Positions 1 through 9,494 of a DNA stretch of 64,000 nt are shown here, one piece after another. Location of the stretch: contig JAIPHA010000002.1 of the NCBI GenBank assembly GCA_021735445.1, positions 14,770 through 78,769 on the forward strand, in the 5' to 3' direction. Source of the stretch: Candidatus Omnitrophota bacterium. Its GTDB lineage: Bacteria > Omnitrophota > Gorgyraeia > Duberdicusellales > 4484-171. A program made the position numbers and the translations under genes. The stretch's first letter is position 1. Every line of letters starts with the position of its first letter. The notes beneath the pieces are model-generated. The model did no database searches. It had not been told where the DNA came from and saw nothing but the letters and a program-made list of their open reading frames with translations.

Positions 1-524
1 CGGGAGTCTGTTATGGTATAGAATATCTTGATATTTTGATTGTTTTTTTGCCAGCGGTTCAGTTTTTCTTCAAAAGCGATCTCAGACTCTTTTCGGTTAG
101 AATAAATCAAAATTACATCTGCATCTAAGCTTTTTTTAACAATATGGCCCAGAATCGATACAACCGGTGTTATCCCGATTCCCCCGATTAAAAAAGCAAC
201 TTTTTTGTACTTATCTTTAAAAACATGATTTCCCAAAGGAGCCTGGATAAAAACTTCATCACCATTTTTTAGTTTATTAAGCCTTTGAGAAAATTTACTT
301 TTGCTTAATTTCTTAGTAAACTCTAAATATTTTTCACCGGGCGGCGAAGAAAAAGAAAGATATTTATTCAATTCTTTGTTGGAAATATTATTTTTATCAA
401 ACAAAATTTTCGCAAATTGGCCCGGTTGAAAATCTAAGCTTTGTTTGGATAAAAACTGAAAACTTTTTACTGAATCTGCTCTCCCTATACTTTGACTGAA
501 TTGTAAGCTAACAATCTTTGCCAT
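1..524 (-). CDS. FNR-like FAD/NAD(P)-binding oxidoreductase (N-terminal part; C-terminus lies beyond window start)
   Basis: Open at window edge so absent from ORF track. Own translation from ATG (rc of 522-524): MAKIVSLQFSQSIGRADSVKSFQF..FQPGQFAKILF..YLSFSSPP..FLIGGIGITPVVSIL. Flavin-binding and GGxGxxP nucleotide-binding motifs of ferredoxin-NADP reductase-type proteins. Confidence 0.6.
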   Translation of the reverse strand, partial: MAKIVSLQFSQSIGRADSVKSFQFLSKQSLDFQPGQFAKILFDKNNISNKELNKYLSFSSPPGEKYLEFTKKLSKSKFSQRLNKLKNGDEVFIQAPLGNHVFKDKYKKVAFLIGGIGITPVVSILGHIVKKSLDADVILIYSNRKESEIAFEEKLNRWQKNNQNIKIFYTITDS

Positions 525-533
525 ATCATTTTT

Positions 534-1085
534 TTAAGAGATTAGGCTCAAGGCTTCTTGCCGGGTCTTTTGATTTTTTCTAAATATCCCTCTGACTACC
601 GAGGTAACGGTTTTGGTACCCGGTTTTTTTGCTCCCCGCATAGTCATACATAGATGCTCAGCTTCAATTACCACCATTGCTCCTTTTGGCTTCAGCTTTT
701 TCATGATAATATCGGCTACATCGGTAGTAAGCCTTTCCTGAACCTGTAATTTTTTTGCCGAGATATCTACAACCCGGGCTATTTTACTTAAACCGGTTAT
801 TTGTTTATTAGGGATATAGGCAACATGGGCTTTGCCTACAAAGGGAAGCAAATGATGTTCGCAAATAGAATAAACCGGTATGTCTTTGACTAAAATTATT
901 TCATCGTGAGTTTGTTCTAAAATAACTTCCAAATCCTTAGCCGCATCCTTAAATTGGCCGGCTAATATTTCCTCATACATATCAGCGACTCTCTTGGGAG
1001 TGTCAGCCAAATCTTTTTTCTTTAGATCTGCCCCTAAGGCTTCCATCACAAGTTTTATTCCTTTTTCTATCTTTTTCTTATCCAC
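534..1085 (-). CDS. folE: GTP cyclohydrolase I
   Basis: CEHHLLPF and HLCMTMRG motifs. Track ORF starts at TTG 1109; I prefer GTG at 1085 (VDKKKIEK..), 6 nt after a GGGGG Shine-Dalgarno. Confidence 0.9.
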   Translation of the reverse strand: MDKKKIEKGIKLVMEALGADLKKKDLADTPKRVADMYEEILAGQFKDAAKDLEVILEQTHDEIILVKDIPVYSICEHHLLPFVGKAHVAYIPNKQITGLSKIARVVDISAKKLQVQERLTTDVADIIMKKLKPKGAMVVIEAEHLCMTMRGAKKPGTKTVTSVVRGIFRKNQKTRQEALSLIS

Positions 1086-1144
1086 AATTAACCCCCCTTT
1101 TAGCCACAAGTCATAAGTTCAAAGTCATAAGTCATATGACTTAT

Positions 1145-2566
1145 TTATTTCCCGATACAAAAATTACTGAATATATTCTCTAAAATTTCTTCCCCGATAA
1201 TTTCTCCGGTAATCTTTCCGATAGATTCCAGAGAGTCTTTTAAAGAAAAATTAACAAAATCAAGAGTATAATCTTTTTTTAGATATTCTTTTGTATTAGA
1301 TAAGCTTTCGGCTAAATTATCCAATTCTTTTTTTTGGTATTGATTTAAAAATATTAAATCTTTTTTGTCTATTCCTTTCCTGTAAACAGCTTTATATACC
1401 ATTTTTTCAAATCTTTTTAAATCATTATCTTTTAACGCACTCATTCTGATAAACTTATGTTGATCTATATCTTTCTGGCCAAATTTGATCTTCTCAGGAA
1501 GGTCTGTTTTATTAATTACTAAAATTGTATTTTTATCTTTAGTTTTATCAAGAAGAAATTTATCGTCTTTACTCAACTTTTTTGACCCGTCGAAAAGTAA
1601 AATAACCAAATCTGCCTGATTAAACACTTGATTTGTTTTCTGGAGAGCTTTTCTGGTAATAAAATCTTCGGGTTCCAGGATTCCGGCCGTATCGTAAATT
1701 TTTACCGGAATGCCTTTGATATTGATAGACTCCTCAATCACGTCTCTGGTTGTCCCCGGGACCTTACTCACAATCACTCTTTCCTGGCGAAGCAGGCGAT
1801 TAAAGAGGGTAGATTTTCCGGCATTGCTTCTACCGCAAATCACACAACGCAGCCCTTGGGTAAGCACATCTGCAGGCCCCTGGCTCTTTTGTAACCTTTT
1901 TACTTTTTTTAAAGCTTTTTCTAAGCTTTTTCTAAGATTAGTTTTGTCAAAGCTAATATCTTCTTCGGGGAAATTAATAGCAGCTTCAGTTTGAATAAAA
2001 ATATTTTTCAAATCTTTTTTTAGATCTTTTAGCTTTTTTGAATTTTCTCCTTTTAGCTGGCGGGAAGAAAGCAAAACCGCCTTAGGTGTTTTTGCTTCAA
2101 CCAATTTTAGAATTGCTTCTGCCTGTAAAAGATCAATTCTGCCATTAATTAAAGCCCGGTAGCTAAATTCACCCGGTTTAGCGAGCCTGGCTCCCTTTTT
2201 TAAAATAAGTTCAACTATTTGATTTAAAACTAAAACTCCTCCGTGGGAAGATACCTCTACCACATCCTCGGTCGTATAAGAATGAGGTGCTTTCATAATG
2301 CTAACCAAAACCTCATCAACTATTCTTTCAGACTTCAGACTTTGGACTTTGGACTTTGGACTGTTTATAATCCAGCCGTAATGAAGAGTAAAGTTTTTTA
2401 CTTTCTTTATATCTTTTTTATTTTTAGGGACAAATATCTTATCCAATATGGATAAAGATTTTTTCCCCGATATTTTAACCACCCCCAAAGCTGCTTTGGA
2501 AGGCGCGGTGGCTATCGCGGTTATAGTATCAGATATTTTATAATCTTTTAAATTAAATTCGGACAT
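1145..2566 (-). CDS. mnmE: tRNA modification GTPase MnmE
   Basis: 473 aa, P-loop GRSNAGKSTLFN, TTRD, C-terminal CIGK motif. Confidence 0.92.
   Translation of the reverse strand: MSEFNLKDYKISDTITAIATAPSKAALGVVKISGKKSLSILDKIFVPKNKKDIKKVKNFTLHYGWIINSPKSKVQSLKSERIVDEVLVSIMKAPHSYTTEDVVEVSSHGGVLVLNQIVELILKKGARLAKPGEFSYRALINGRIDLLQAEAILKLVEAKTPKAVLLSSRQLKGENSKKLKDLKKDLKNIFIQTEAAINFPEEDISFDKTNLRKSLEKALKKVKRLQKSQGPADVLTQGLRCVICGRSNAGKSTLFNRLLRQERVIVSKVPGTTRDVIEESINIKGIPVKIYDTAGILEPEDFITRKALQKTNQVFNQADLVILLFDGSKKLSKDDKFLLDKTKDKNTILVINKTDLPEKIKFGQKDIDQHKFIRMSALKDNDLKRFEKMVYKAVYRKGIDKKDLIFLNQYQKKELDNLAESLSNTKEYLKKDYTLDFVNFSLKDSLESIGKITGEIIGEEILENIFSNFCIGK
2331..2365. repeat. Heptanucleotide tandem repeat inside mnmE
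   Basis: GACTTCA GACTTTG GACTTTG GACTTTG GACTGTT: five units, three of them perfect. Encodes the ..SPKSKVQSLKSE.. insertion. Confidence 0.8.
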
Positions 2567-3869
2567 ATTCTTTTTTTGCTTCAGCAGCTAAAAAAAAGGA
2601 GCCGCAAATTAAAATTAGCGACTGTTTAGTATACAAATCTTTAGCTATTTTTAAGGCATCTTTTAGATTTTCCGTCACCACCGCCTTCCTTTTAAGTATT
2701 TTTTTTAATTGAAAAACATCAAAACTGCGCGGATGGTTAAACTGAGTTAAAATAAGGACATCATAATTTATCAAAGAAAGCATCTGGTTTGGTTTTTTAT
2801 CCGATGAACATGAGAATACCAGAATTATTTTTTTCTTCAGATAGTACCTTTTTAAATTATCAGAAACCGCTCTGGCTGAAGATTGATTATGGGCAACATC
2901 GACAACCACCAAAGGTTTTTTTGATACAACCTCAAACCGTCCCGTCAACCGGCATTGGCTCAAGGCCTTCTTAAATAAAGCTGCTGTTTTATTTTCTTTT
3001 TTTATGGCAGCTACTGAAGCTAAAGCCAAGCCGGCATTTTCTACCTGGTAACTGCCTTTAGCATAAATTTTTATTTTTTTAATTTTATTTTCTCCAAATT
3101 CAAAATCAAAAGATGTATAGTTTTTATTCATTCTTATATTTGTTGTCTGAAAATCCTTTCCCAAAATAAAAAAGCTGGATTTATTTTTTTTCGCTATTTT
3201 TTTAATAGTTTTAGCCGCTAGATGCCTTTGATAAGAAGAAACAACCGGTATCTTTTCTTTAATTATTCCAGCTTTTTCAGCCGCAATCTCAGCCAAGCTG
3301 TTGCCTAACAAATCTACATGGTCATAACCGATATGGGTAATAACCGAGGTTAAGGGATTAATTATATTAGTCGAATCGAGCCGTCCGCCTAAACCTACTT
3401 CAACTACTGCATAATCTACTTTCTTATTTAAAAAATACTCTAAGCCAATAAAGGTAATTAACTCGAAATATGTGGGTCTTTCTTTATCATAAACCGCTAA
3501 TGGATCTTTAAATTTTTCTATAATTTCAGTTGCTGATTTTTCCGAAATTAATTTTTCTTCGGCTTTGCCTTCTCTAACTTTTACTATTTTTATTCTTTCC
3601 CTGAAACTAAAAAAATGAGGTGAAGTAAACAACCCCACTTTATACCCCAAAGACGCCAAAAGATAAGCAATAAAATGAGCGGTTGAACCCTTGCCTTTTG
3701 TTCCGGCGATATGGATAGCTTTTAAATCTTTATAAAAAATATTTAAGTATTCGGCTAATTTATAAACCCTACTTAACTTCAAAGATTCTTTATAGGAGAA
3801 AAAAGCTTTTTTTTCTAAATTGAGAAACGAATTAAGATACTGAAGAGCTTGCTGATAGTCTTTAGCCAT
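2553..3869 (-). CDS. folC: Folylpolyglutamate synthase / dihydrofolate synthase
   Basis: Mur-ligase-type P-loop GTKGKGST, 438 aa; overlaps mnmE start by 14 nt. Confidence 0.85.
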   Translation of the reverse strand: MAKDYQQALQYLNSFLNLEKKAFFSYKESLKLSRVYKLAEYLNIFYKDLKAIHIAGTKGKGSTAHFIAYLLASLGYKVGLFTSPHFFSFRERIKIVKVREGKAEEKLISEKSATEIIEKFKDPLAVYDKERPTYFELITFIGLEYFLNKKVDYAVVEVGLGGRLDSTNIINPLTSVITHIGYDHVDLLGNSLAEIAAEKAGIIKEKIPVVSSYQRHLAAKTIKKIAKKNKSSFFILGKDFQTTNIRMNKNYTSFDFEFGENKIKKIKIYAKGSYQVENAGLALASVAAIKKENKTAALFKKALSQCRLTGRFEVVSKKPLVVVDVAHNQSSARAVSDNLKRYYLKKKIILVFSCSSDKKPNQMLSLINYDVLILTQFNHPRSFDVFQLKKILKRKAVVTENLKDALKIAKDLYTKQSLILICGSFFLAAEAKKEYVRI

Positions 3870-3911
3870 ATAGAGGTAATTTATTAAGTTTTATCTGTGG
3901 CATCTATGGTA

Positions 3912-5426
3912 TTAGTGGCGAAAATGGCGGATTCCCGTAAAAACCATAGCAATTTTGAAACGGTCACAAGCTTCAATAACATCTTTGTCCTTAATCGACC
4001 CGCCTGGCTGGATTATGGCTTTAATCCCACCGCGATAAGCCTCTTTTATTGAATCTGGTTTTGGAAAAAATGCATCTGAAGCTAAAACCGATAACTTTGT
4101 TGATTTTTTGGCTTTATTGAGAGCAATTTTTACCGAATCAACCCGGGAGGGCTGGCCGCCGCCAATACCCAAAACAGCGTTATTCTTTGCGATAACGATT
4201 GCATTTGATTTCACGTATTTAACAACCTTCCACGCAAAAATTAAATCCTCTAATTGCCTTTTTGTTGGCTTCTTTTTTGTTACAACTTTAAACTCATTTT
4301 TATCTAAAGTTAATTTATCTCTTTTTTGTACTAAGTATCCAAAATAAGTCCCTTTTATTTCCCGGTAATCACTATCCTGGCTTAAATTTGTTTCCAAAAC
4401 TCTCATATTTTTTTTAGCGGAAAAAATTTTTAAAGATTCTTTAGAATAAGATGGCGCTATAATACACTCTTTAAAACCGCTCTTGATAATCTGAGAGGCT
4501 GTATCTTTATCAACTTTTCGGTTCAAACCGACTATTCCGCCAAAACTCGATAAACTATCTGCCTTGTAAGCTTTTTTATAAGCAGAAGCTAATTTTTTAT
4601 CCGTAGCCGTTCCGCAAATAGATACATGCTTTATAACAGTTGCAGCTGGTTGCCGGAATTCTTTTACTTGCGCAACCGCAGTATCTATATCTAAAAAATT
4701 ATTGTAAGATAATTCCTTACCTTGGTACTGCTTTATCCGCAGGTCTTTCGATCTTATTTTTTTATAAAGAGAAGCTTTTTGATGAGGATTCTCCCCATAA
4801 CGCAGTGATGATTTTTCTGTCATATTCCAACTTATAGTGTCCCTGCCTTTAAAATAATTATAAATTGCATTATCGTATTCTTTGGTCAAATAAAAAGAAT
4901 CCTCTGCTAATTTCCTCAAAACATCCTCGGAAATTGCACCCCGGTTTTTCTTCAACTCTGAAATAATCAGTTTGTATTGAGATGGAGAACTCACGGAAGC
5001 AACATTTCTAAAATTTTTAGCTGCAGCCCTTAACATCGAAGGTCCCCCGATATCGATATACTCTAAAATTTGAGTCCAGGCTAAATTTTCTTTCATTTTT
5101 TTAGTAAAAGGGTAAAGATTCACCACTACCATATCTATCGGTTGAATACCTAAAGTAGAAATTTCTTCTAAATGCAAAGGATGCTTTTTATTCGCCAAAA
5201 TTCCGCCGAAAACCTTGGGATGCAGAGTCTTTACCCTTCCCGATAAAATTTCCGGAAAAGCTGTTACCGAAGAAACTTCCTTAACCTTAATCTTATGCCT
5301 GCGGAGAAGAAGGGCGGTTTTTCCGGTTGAAATTATTTTTATATTTAGCTTTTGCAGCTCTTTGGCAAAATCAGCAATCCCTCTTTTTTCCCAAACACTA
5401 ATTAACACTTTTCTTACTTTTATCAT
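3912..5426 (-). CDS. purH: Bifunctional AICAR transformylase / IMP cyclohydrolase
   Basis: 504 aa, MGS-like N-terminus (ALISVWEKRG-like), C-terminal FTGIRHFRH. Confidence 0.93.
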   Translation of the reverse strand: MIKVRKVLISVWEKRGIADFAKELQKLNIKIISTGKTALLLRRHKIKVKEVSSVTAFPEILSGRVKTLHPKVFGGILANKKHPLHLEEISTLGIQPIDMVVVNLYPFTKKMKENLAWTQILEYIDIGGPSMLRAAAKNFRNVASVSSPSQYKLIISELKKNRGAISEDVLRKLAEDSFYLTKEYDNAIYNYFKGRDTISWNMTEKSSLRYGENPHQKASLYKKIRSKDLRIKQYQGKELSYNNFLDIDTAVAQVKEFRQPAATVIKHVSICGTATDKKLASAYKKAYKADSLSSFGGIVGLNRKVDKDTASQIIKSGFKECIIAPSYSKESLKIFSAKKNMRVLETNLSQDSDYREIKGTYFGYLVQKRDKLTLDKNEFKVVTKKKPTKRQLEDLIFAWKVVKYVKSNAIVIAKNNAVLGIGGGQPSRVDSVKIALNKAKKSTKLSVLASDAFFPKPDSIKEAYRGGIKAIIQPGGSIKDKDVIEACDRFKIAMVFTGIRHFRH

Positions 5427-5468
5427 AAAATACCAGCCTAATCCTCCTATTAAAATTTATTCTTTACA

Positions 5469-6170
5469 TTAAATGCTAAATTTTATATAAATTATATCTC
5501 CATCTGCAACCTTGTAATCTTTTCCCACGGTTTCGACTAACCCTTTACTTTTAGCTTCAGCCATATTATAAAAGTTGTCTAAATCTTTACAATTTACTAC
5601 TTCCGCCCTAATAAAGCCTCTCATTAAATCGCTATGTATTCTGCCAGCAGCTTCTAAAATTGTTTTTCCTTTCCTTAAGTCCCAAGCTTTGACTTCTTTC
5701 TCCGAAGCAGTAAAAAATAAAATTTTACCGGCTGCTTCCATTGCTTCCCCGATAAGATCTCTTAATTGTTGGTCTTGATCTTTAAAATCTTCTTTTACTA
5801 CTATCGGTTTTACGCTAACCAATTGTAAATTTTTTAAAAAATTAATTTTTTCTTGCTCTAGGCCCCAATCCGCTAAGACTTTTTCTTCTTCTAAATAACC
5901 CTGTACTTGTTTTAATATTTCTTTTTCTTCTTCTGCTTCTGTCCTCGCTAGGCGTTGCTCTATTTTTTCAAGATCAATTAAAACAAAATCAAGAAGCTTG
6001 TCTTTGGCAATAACTATCGCGTCAGATTTTTCTAAATCTTCATTAATAAACTCAACCGTATAAGGATTTTTTTTCTTTGGACTAAACTTATCCAACAATT
6101 TTTTGTATTGATTGCTTTCATAATTATATTTCTTAGGCGCAAGGTCAAGGCCAAAATTAAATATTTCCAT
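5469..6170 (-). CDS. YchF-related protein retaining only the helical and TGS-like C-terminal (DUF933-type) domains, no P-loop
   Basis: C-terminal AAGRIHSDLMRGFIRAEV..DGDIIYIKF resembles the YchF C-terminal domain. N-terminus MEIFNFGLDLAPKK lacks GxxxxGK[ST]. 233 aa versus about 360 aa for canonical YchF. Confidence 0.6.
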   Translation of the reverse strand: MEIFNFGLDLAPKKYNYESNQYKKLLDKFSPKKKNPYTVEFINEDLEKSDAIVIAKDKLLDFVLIDLEKIEQRLARTEAEEEKEILKQVQGYLEEEKVLADWGLEQEKINFLKNLQLVSVKPIVVKEDFKDQDQQLRDLIGEAMEAAGKILFFTASEKEVKAWDLRKGKTILEAAGRIHSDLMRGFIRAEVVNCKDLDNFYNMAEAKSKGLVETVGKDYKVADGDIIYIKFSI

Positions 6171-6173
6171 TAT

Positions 6174-8183
6174 TTATCCGACCTTTTCCTTTTCCTGTTT
6201 TGATTTTGCAATAATATCTTGGGCAACACGAGCAGGAACTACTTCATAATTAGAAAAATTCATTGAGTAACTGCCTCTGCCGCCAGTTACAGAACGTAAA
6301 TCTGAAGCATATTTAAACATTTCTGCTAAAGGAACTTGTGCTTTTACAACCTCATTTTTCCCCTTCGGTTCCATACCTAAAACTCTACCCCGTTTGCTAT
6401 TTATATCTCCTGTAATTTGTCCAGTTAAATCTGAAGGGACTATAATTTCTACATTCATAATCGGCTCCAGCAAAACCGACCCCCCTTCTGTAAAAGCATT
6501 TTTTAAAGCCATCGAACCGGCAATTTGAAAAGCCATATCTGAAGAATCTACCGGATGGTAGGACCCGTCAAAAAGAGTTACTTTGATATCAGTTATCGGA
6601 TATCCGGCTAAAAAACCTTTTTTCATCGTATTTTCAATTCCTTTCTCTACCGAAGGAATATAGCCGCGGGGAATTTTACCCCCCACAATCTTATTCACAA
6701 ATTCGAACTTTTTGCCCCGCTCAAGCGGTTCAACAGTGATTGATACTTCGCCAAATTGCCCCTTGCCTCCGGTTTGCTTTTTATAGCGGTAAGAAACCGT
6801 TGCCGGCTTGGCGACAGTCTCAAGATAAGGGACTTTAGGGGTGCCCAAATCTACATCTGCACCATAATGCTCTTTCATTCTTTCAATAGTAAGCTTTAGG
6901 TGTAATTCCCCCATCCCCGATAATATTAATTCTTTAGTTTGCGGATCTCTCGATACCCGGCAAGTAGGGTCTTCGGAAGTTAGGCGATTTAAAGCAGTTG
7001 ATATTTTATCTTCATCCTTTCTGGTTTTAGGCTTAACGGATGAAGAGTATGATGGCTCCGGAAATTCTAAAGGCTTAAATCTAATCATTCTGGAATTATC
7101 ACAAATAGTATCCCCTGTTTTAGTTGCTTTTAATTTTGCAATAGCTCCGATGTCACCAGCTACTACGCAATCTAGGCTTTTTTCTTCTTTACCTTCCAGT
7201 TGATATATTTGCCCTCCCTTTTCTTTATTATCTTTGTTGGCATTATAAAAACTTTGATTTGCGTCTAACTTTCCCGAAAAGACTCTAAAAATCGATAATT
7301 GCCCCACAAAAGGATCGATTATTGTTTTAAAAACTTGGGCTGTGAAGGGTTCATCTGGGTTTGGATTAACTTCAATTTCTTTTTCTTCATCTTTTTTCGC
7401 CTTCCTCTTTTTCGCCTGGTCAACCGAAGGCATAACTTCTGTTATTAATTTCATTAAAAAATCAGTACCCATTTCATCCAAAGCTGCCCCAGCTGTGACC
7501 GGAAAAATTTTCGATTCTAAAACGGCTTTTTTTAAAGCCGGATTCAACTCCTCTTGGCTTAATGCCCCTTTTTCCAGATACTTCTCTAATAAAGCGTCGT
7601 CTGTTTCCGCCACTGAATCTAATATTTGGCTATATAAAGAATTATACTTATCTTTATTTTCTAAAACACTTTTTATTTCTTTGCCTTCCGGGACCCCTAA
7701 GCTAATAATTTTTTTGGTCAAACTTTTTCTAATATCCTCTAGCACCTGATTGTAATCAGTATTTTCTTTATCTAATTTGTTTACGAAAAATAAACATGGA
7801 ATATTTTCTCGTTTCACAATTTGCCACGCTTTTTCTGCTCCAATCCCCACACCTTCTTGAGCATCAATTACAATAATTGCAAAATCAGAAGCTCTTGCGG
7901 CTCCCACTACTTCTCCAATAAAATCTGTATAGCCGGGAGTATCAATAAATTGAAATTCATTAGGGCCACAATTTGCATAAAGAACAGAAAGATTTATAGA
8001 GCTTTTGCGTTTTTTTTCATCTTCATGGTAATCACTAACAGTACTGCCTAGATCCACTTTGCCTAACTCATTAATTGTTCCAGACTTATGAAGAATGCTT
8101 TCAGAAAGGGAAGTTTTACCAGATTGAGCATGCCCAGATATAAAAAACGCTTTCTTTTTTGATATATCAGAACCCATAAACAC
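6174..8183 (-). CDS. Divergent elongation factor G-like GTPase
   Basis: 669 aa, G1 GHAQSGKTS, G4 NKLD, EF-G domain II-V-like C-terminal two thirds. G3 reads DTPGY instead of DTPGH and switch I is degenerate (RKSSINL for RGITI). Confidence 0.85.
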   Translation of the reverse strand: MFMGSDISKKKAFFISGHAQSGKTSLSESILHKSGTINELGKVDLGSTVSDYHEDEKKRKSSINLSVLYANCGPNEFQFIDTPGYTDFIGEVVGAARASDFAIIVIDAQEGVGIGAEKAWQIVKRENIPCLFFVNKLDKENTDYNQVLEDIRKSLTKKIISLGVPEGKEIKSVLENKDKYNSLYSQILDSVAETDDALLEKYLEKGALSQEELNPALKKAVLESKIFPVTAGAALDEMGTDFLMKLITEVMPSVDQAKKRKAKKDEEKEIEVNPNPDEPFTAQVFKTIIDPFVGQLSIFRVFSGKLDANQSFYNANKDNKEKGGQIYQLEGKEEKSLDCVVAGDIGAIAKLKATKTGDTICDNSRMIRFKPLEFPEPSYSSSVKPKTRKDEDKISTALNRLTSEDPTCRVSRDPQTKELILSGMGELHLKLTIERMKEHYGADVDLGTPKVPYLETVAKPATVSYRYKKQTGGKGQFGEVSITVEPLERGKKFEFVNKIVGGKIPRGYIPSVEKGIENTMKKGFLAGYPITDIKVTLFDGSYHPVDSSDMAFQIAGSMALKNAFTEGGSVLLEPIMNVEIIVPSDLTGQITGDINSKRGRVLGMEPKGKNEVVKAQVPLAEMFKYASDLRSVTGGRGSYSMNFSNYEVVPARVAQDIIAKSKQEKEKVG

Positions 8184-8260
8184 CCCCTAATGTTTTTTTC
8201 AGTAAACTGTTATTATATTAAAAATAACATCAACAGTCAATGAAATGGGGTATTTTTTTA

Positions 8261-8301
8261 TTTTTACATAAGTCTTTTGTAATCAAAAGCTTATGTAAAA
8301 A
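8261..8301. other. Long near-perfect hairpin between queA and the EF-G-like gene
   Basis: TTTTTACATAAG (8261-8272) pairs perfectly with CTTATGTAAAAA (8290-8301). Inner stem CTTTTG/CAAAAG with loop TAAT. No clear U-tract on the minus strand, so its role as the queA terminator is uncertain. Confidence 0.4.
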
Positions 8302-8375
8302 CAACTAAGAAAATTATTAGAAAATGAAGGTTATTTTAGATATTTTCCCCTTATTTAGGCATAAAAAGGGAATTT

Positions 8376-9404
8376 TTAGATAATTAACATTGCATCGCCA
8401 AAACTAAAAAAGCGAAATTGGTTTTCTTTGCCATAGCGATAAGCCTTTTTTATTAATTGCGGGGAAGAAAATGAAGAAACTAAAACTAAATTTGTAGACA
8501 AAGGAGTATGAAAGTTAGTGATCAAACCATCTACGCTTTTAAAATCATAGCCAGGCGTGATATAAAGGTCTGTTTGGCCTAAATATTTTTTCACCCTTCT
8601 ATCCTGGCTGCTTGCGCTCTCTAGGCTTCTTACTACAGTAGTCCCTACCGCAAATATTTTTTTCTTCTGGCATTTTGCGTCATTTATAATTTGTGCTGCT
8701 TCTTCTGATATTTCTACATACTCTTCTGCCATCTGATGATCTCTGATATCTTCTTTTTTTATCGGCTGAAAGGTGCCAAGTCCGCAATGAAGAGTAAGAT
8801 AAATTATTTTAACCCCTTTGCTCTTGAGCTTATTGATTAATCTTTTCGTAAAATGCAAACCAGCAGTAGGCGCAGCCACTGCCCCCTTCTTTTTAGCATA
8901 CACAGTTTGGTAACTCTTTAGATCCGATTCTTTTTTAATGTAAGGAGGAAGGGGCGTTTGGCCAATATCTTCAATCAACCCTTCTATCTCTTGAGGATAA
9001 AATTGAATTATAAATAAGCCTTTATCGGTTCTTTCTTTAACTTCAGCTTGAAAATTTTCTTTAAAAAATATTTTACTCCCTATTTTTGCCCTCTTTGCAG
9101 GTTTCACTAAACATTGCCAAAGGCCTCTTTTTAATTTTTGCAGCAAAAATATCTCGATTTTAGCTCCGCTGTCTTTTTTGCCAAAAATCCTCGCCTTAAA
9201 AACTTTAGTATTGTTTAAAACTAAGCAATCTCCTTTTTGAAAAAAATTGATTATCTCGCTAAACACCTTTTCATCCAACTTTCCGCTTTTTTTGTTTAAA
9301 ATTAAAAGGCGTGATTCATCGCGAGGGCGCTTAGGAGATTGAGCAATTAACTCTTTTGCTATTTTAAAATCATAATTTGAGGCTTTAAATAAATCTTTTT
9401 CCAT
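8376..9404 (-). CDS. queA: S-adenosylmethionine:tRNA ribosyltransferase-isomerase
   Basis: TPLPPYIKK and AAPTAGLHFT motifs. Start moved to the internal ATG (MEKDLFK..) because the 18-aa extension in the track ORF is hydrophobic junk. Confidence 0.9.
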   Translation of the reverse strand: MEKDLFKASNYDFKIAKELIAQSPKRPRDESRLLILNKKSGKLDEKVFSEIINFFQKGDCLVLNNTKVFKARIFGKKDSGAKIEIFLLQKLKRGLWQCLVKPAKRAKIGSKIFFKENFQAEVKERTDKGLFIIQFYPQEIEGLIEDIGQTPLPPYIKKESDLKSYQTVYAKKKGAVAAPTAGLHFTKRLINKLKSKGVKIIYLTLHCGLGTFQPIKKEDIRDHQMAEEYVEISEEAAQIINDAKCQKKKIFAVGTTVVRSLESASSQDRRVKKYLGQTDLYITPGYDFKSVDGLITNFHTPLSTNLVLVSSFSSPQLIKKAYRYGKENQFRFFSFGDAMLII

Positions 9405-9459
9405 AATGCCATATTCTACCAGAAAAAATATAAAAATGAACCTCCAAAAAGGGGGCATC

Positions 9460-9488
9460 TTGACTAAAGCCAGTAAATATGCTATCTA
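9460..9488 (+). promoter_or_regulatory. Sigma70-like promoter positioned for a leaderless transcript of the diguanylate cyclase gene
   Basis: TTGACT (9460-9465), 17-nt spacer, TATCTA (9483-9488), then 6 nt to ATG 9495; no Shine-Dalgarno. Confidence 0.35.
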
Positions 9489-9494
9489 GTTATT

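Noticed and set aside
1129-1142. 14-bp perfect palindrome AAGTCATATGACTT, with a flanking AGTCATAAG direct repeat, between mnmE and folE
   Set aside because: It could be an operator or a processing site, but it is short, unique in the window, and contains an NdeI-like CATATG core that arises easily in AT-rich DNA. No regulator can be linked to it.
7342-7749. Long antisense ORFs inside confidently called genes. Examples: 7342-7749 in the EF-G-like gene, 38055-38453 in the MinD-ferredoxin gene, 26345-26716 in the PGM/T6PP gene, 19550-19918 in the TreT-like gene, 61062-61409 in the CcdA-like gene, 49489-49833 in nifU.
   Set aside because: All are shadow frames opposite strong motif-bearing genes. 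They have low-complexity Ser/Phe/Leu/Lys-rich translations and no ribosome-binding sites; such frames are typical of AT-rich genomes.
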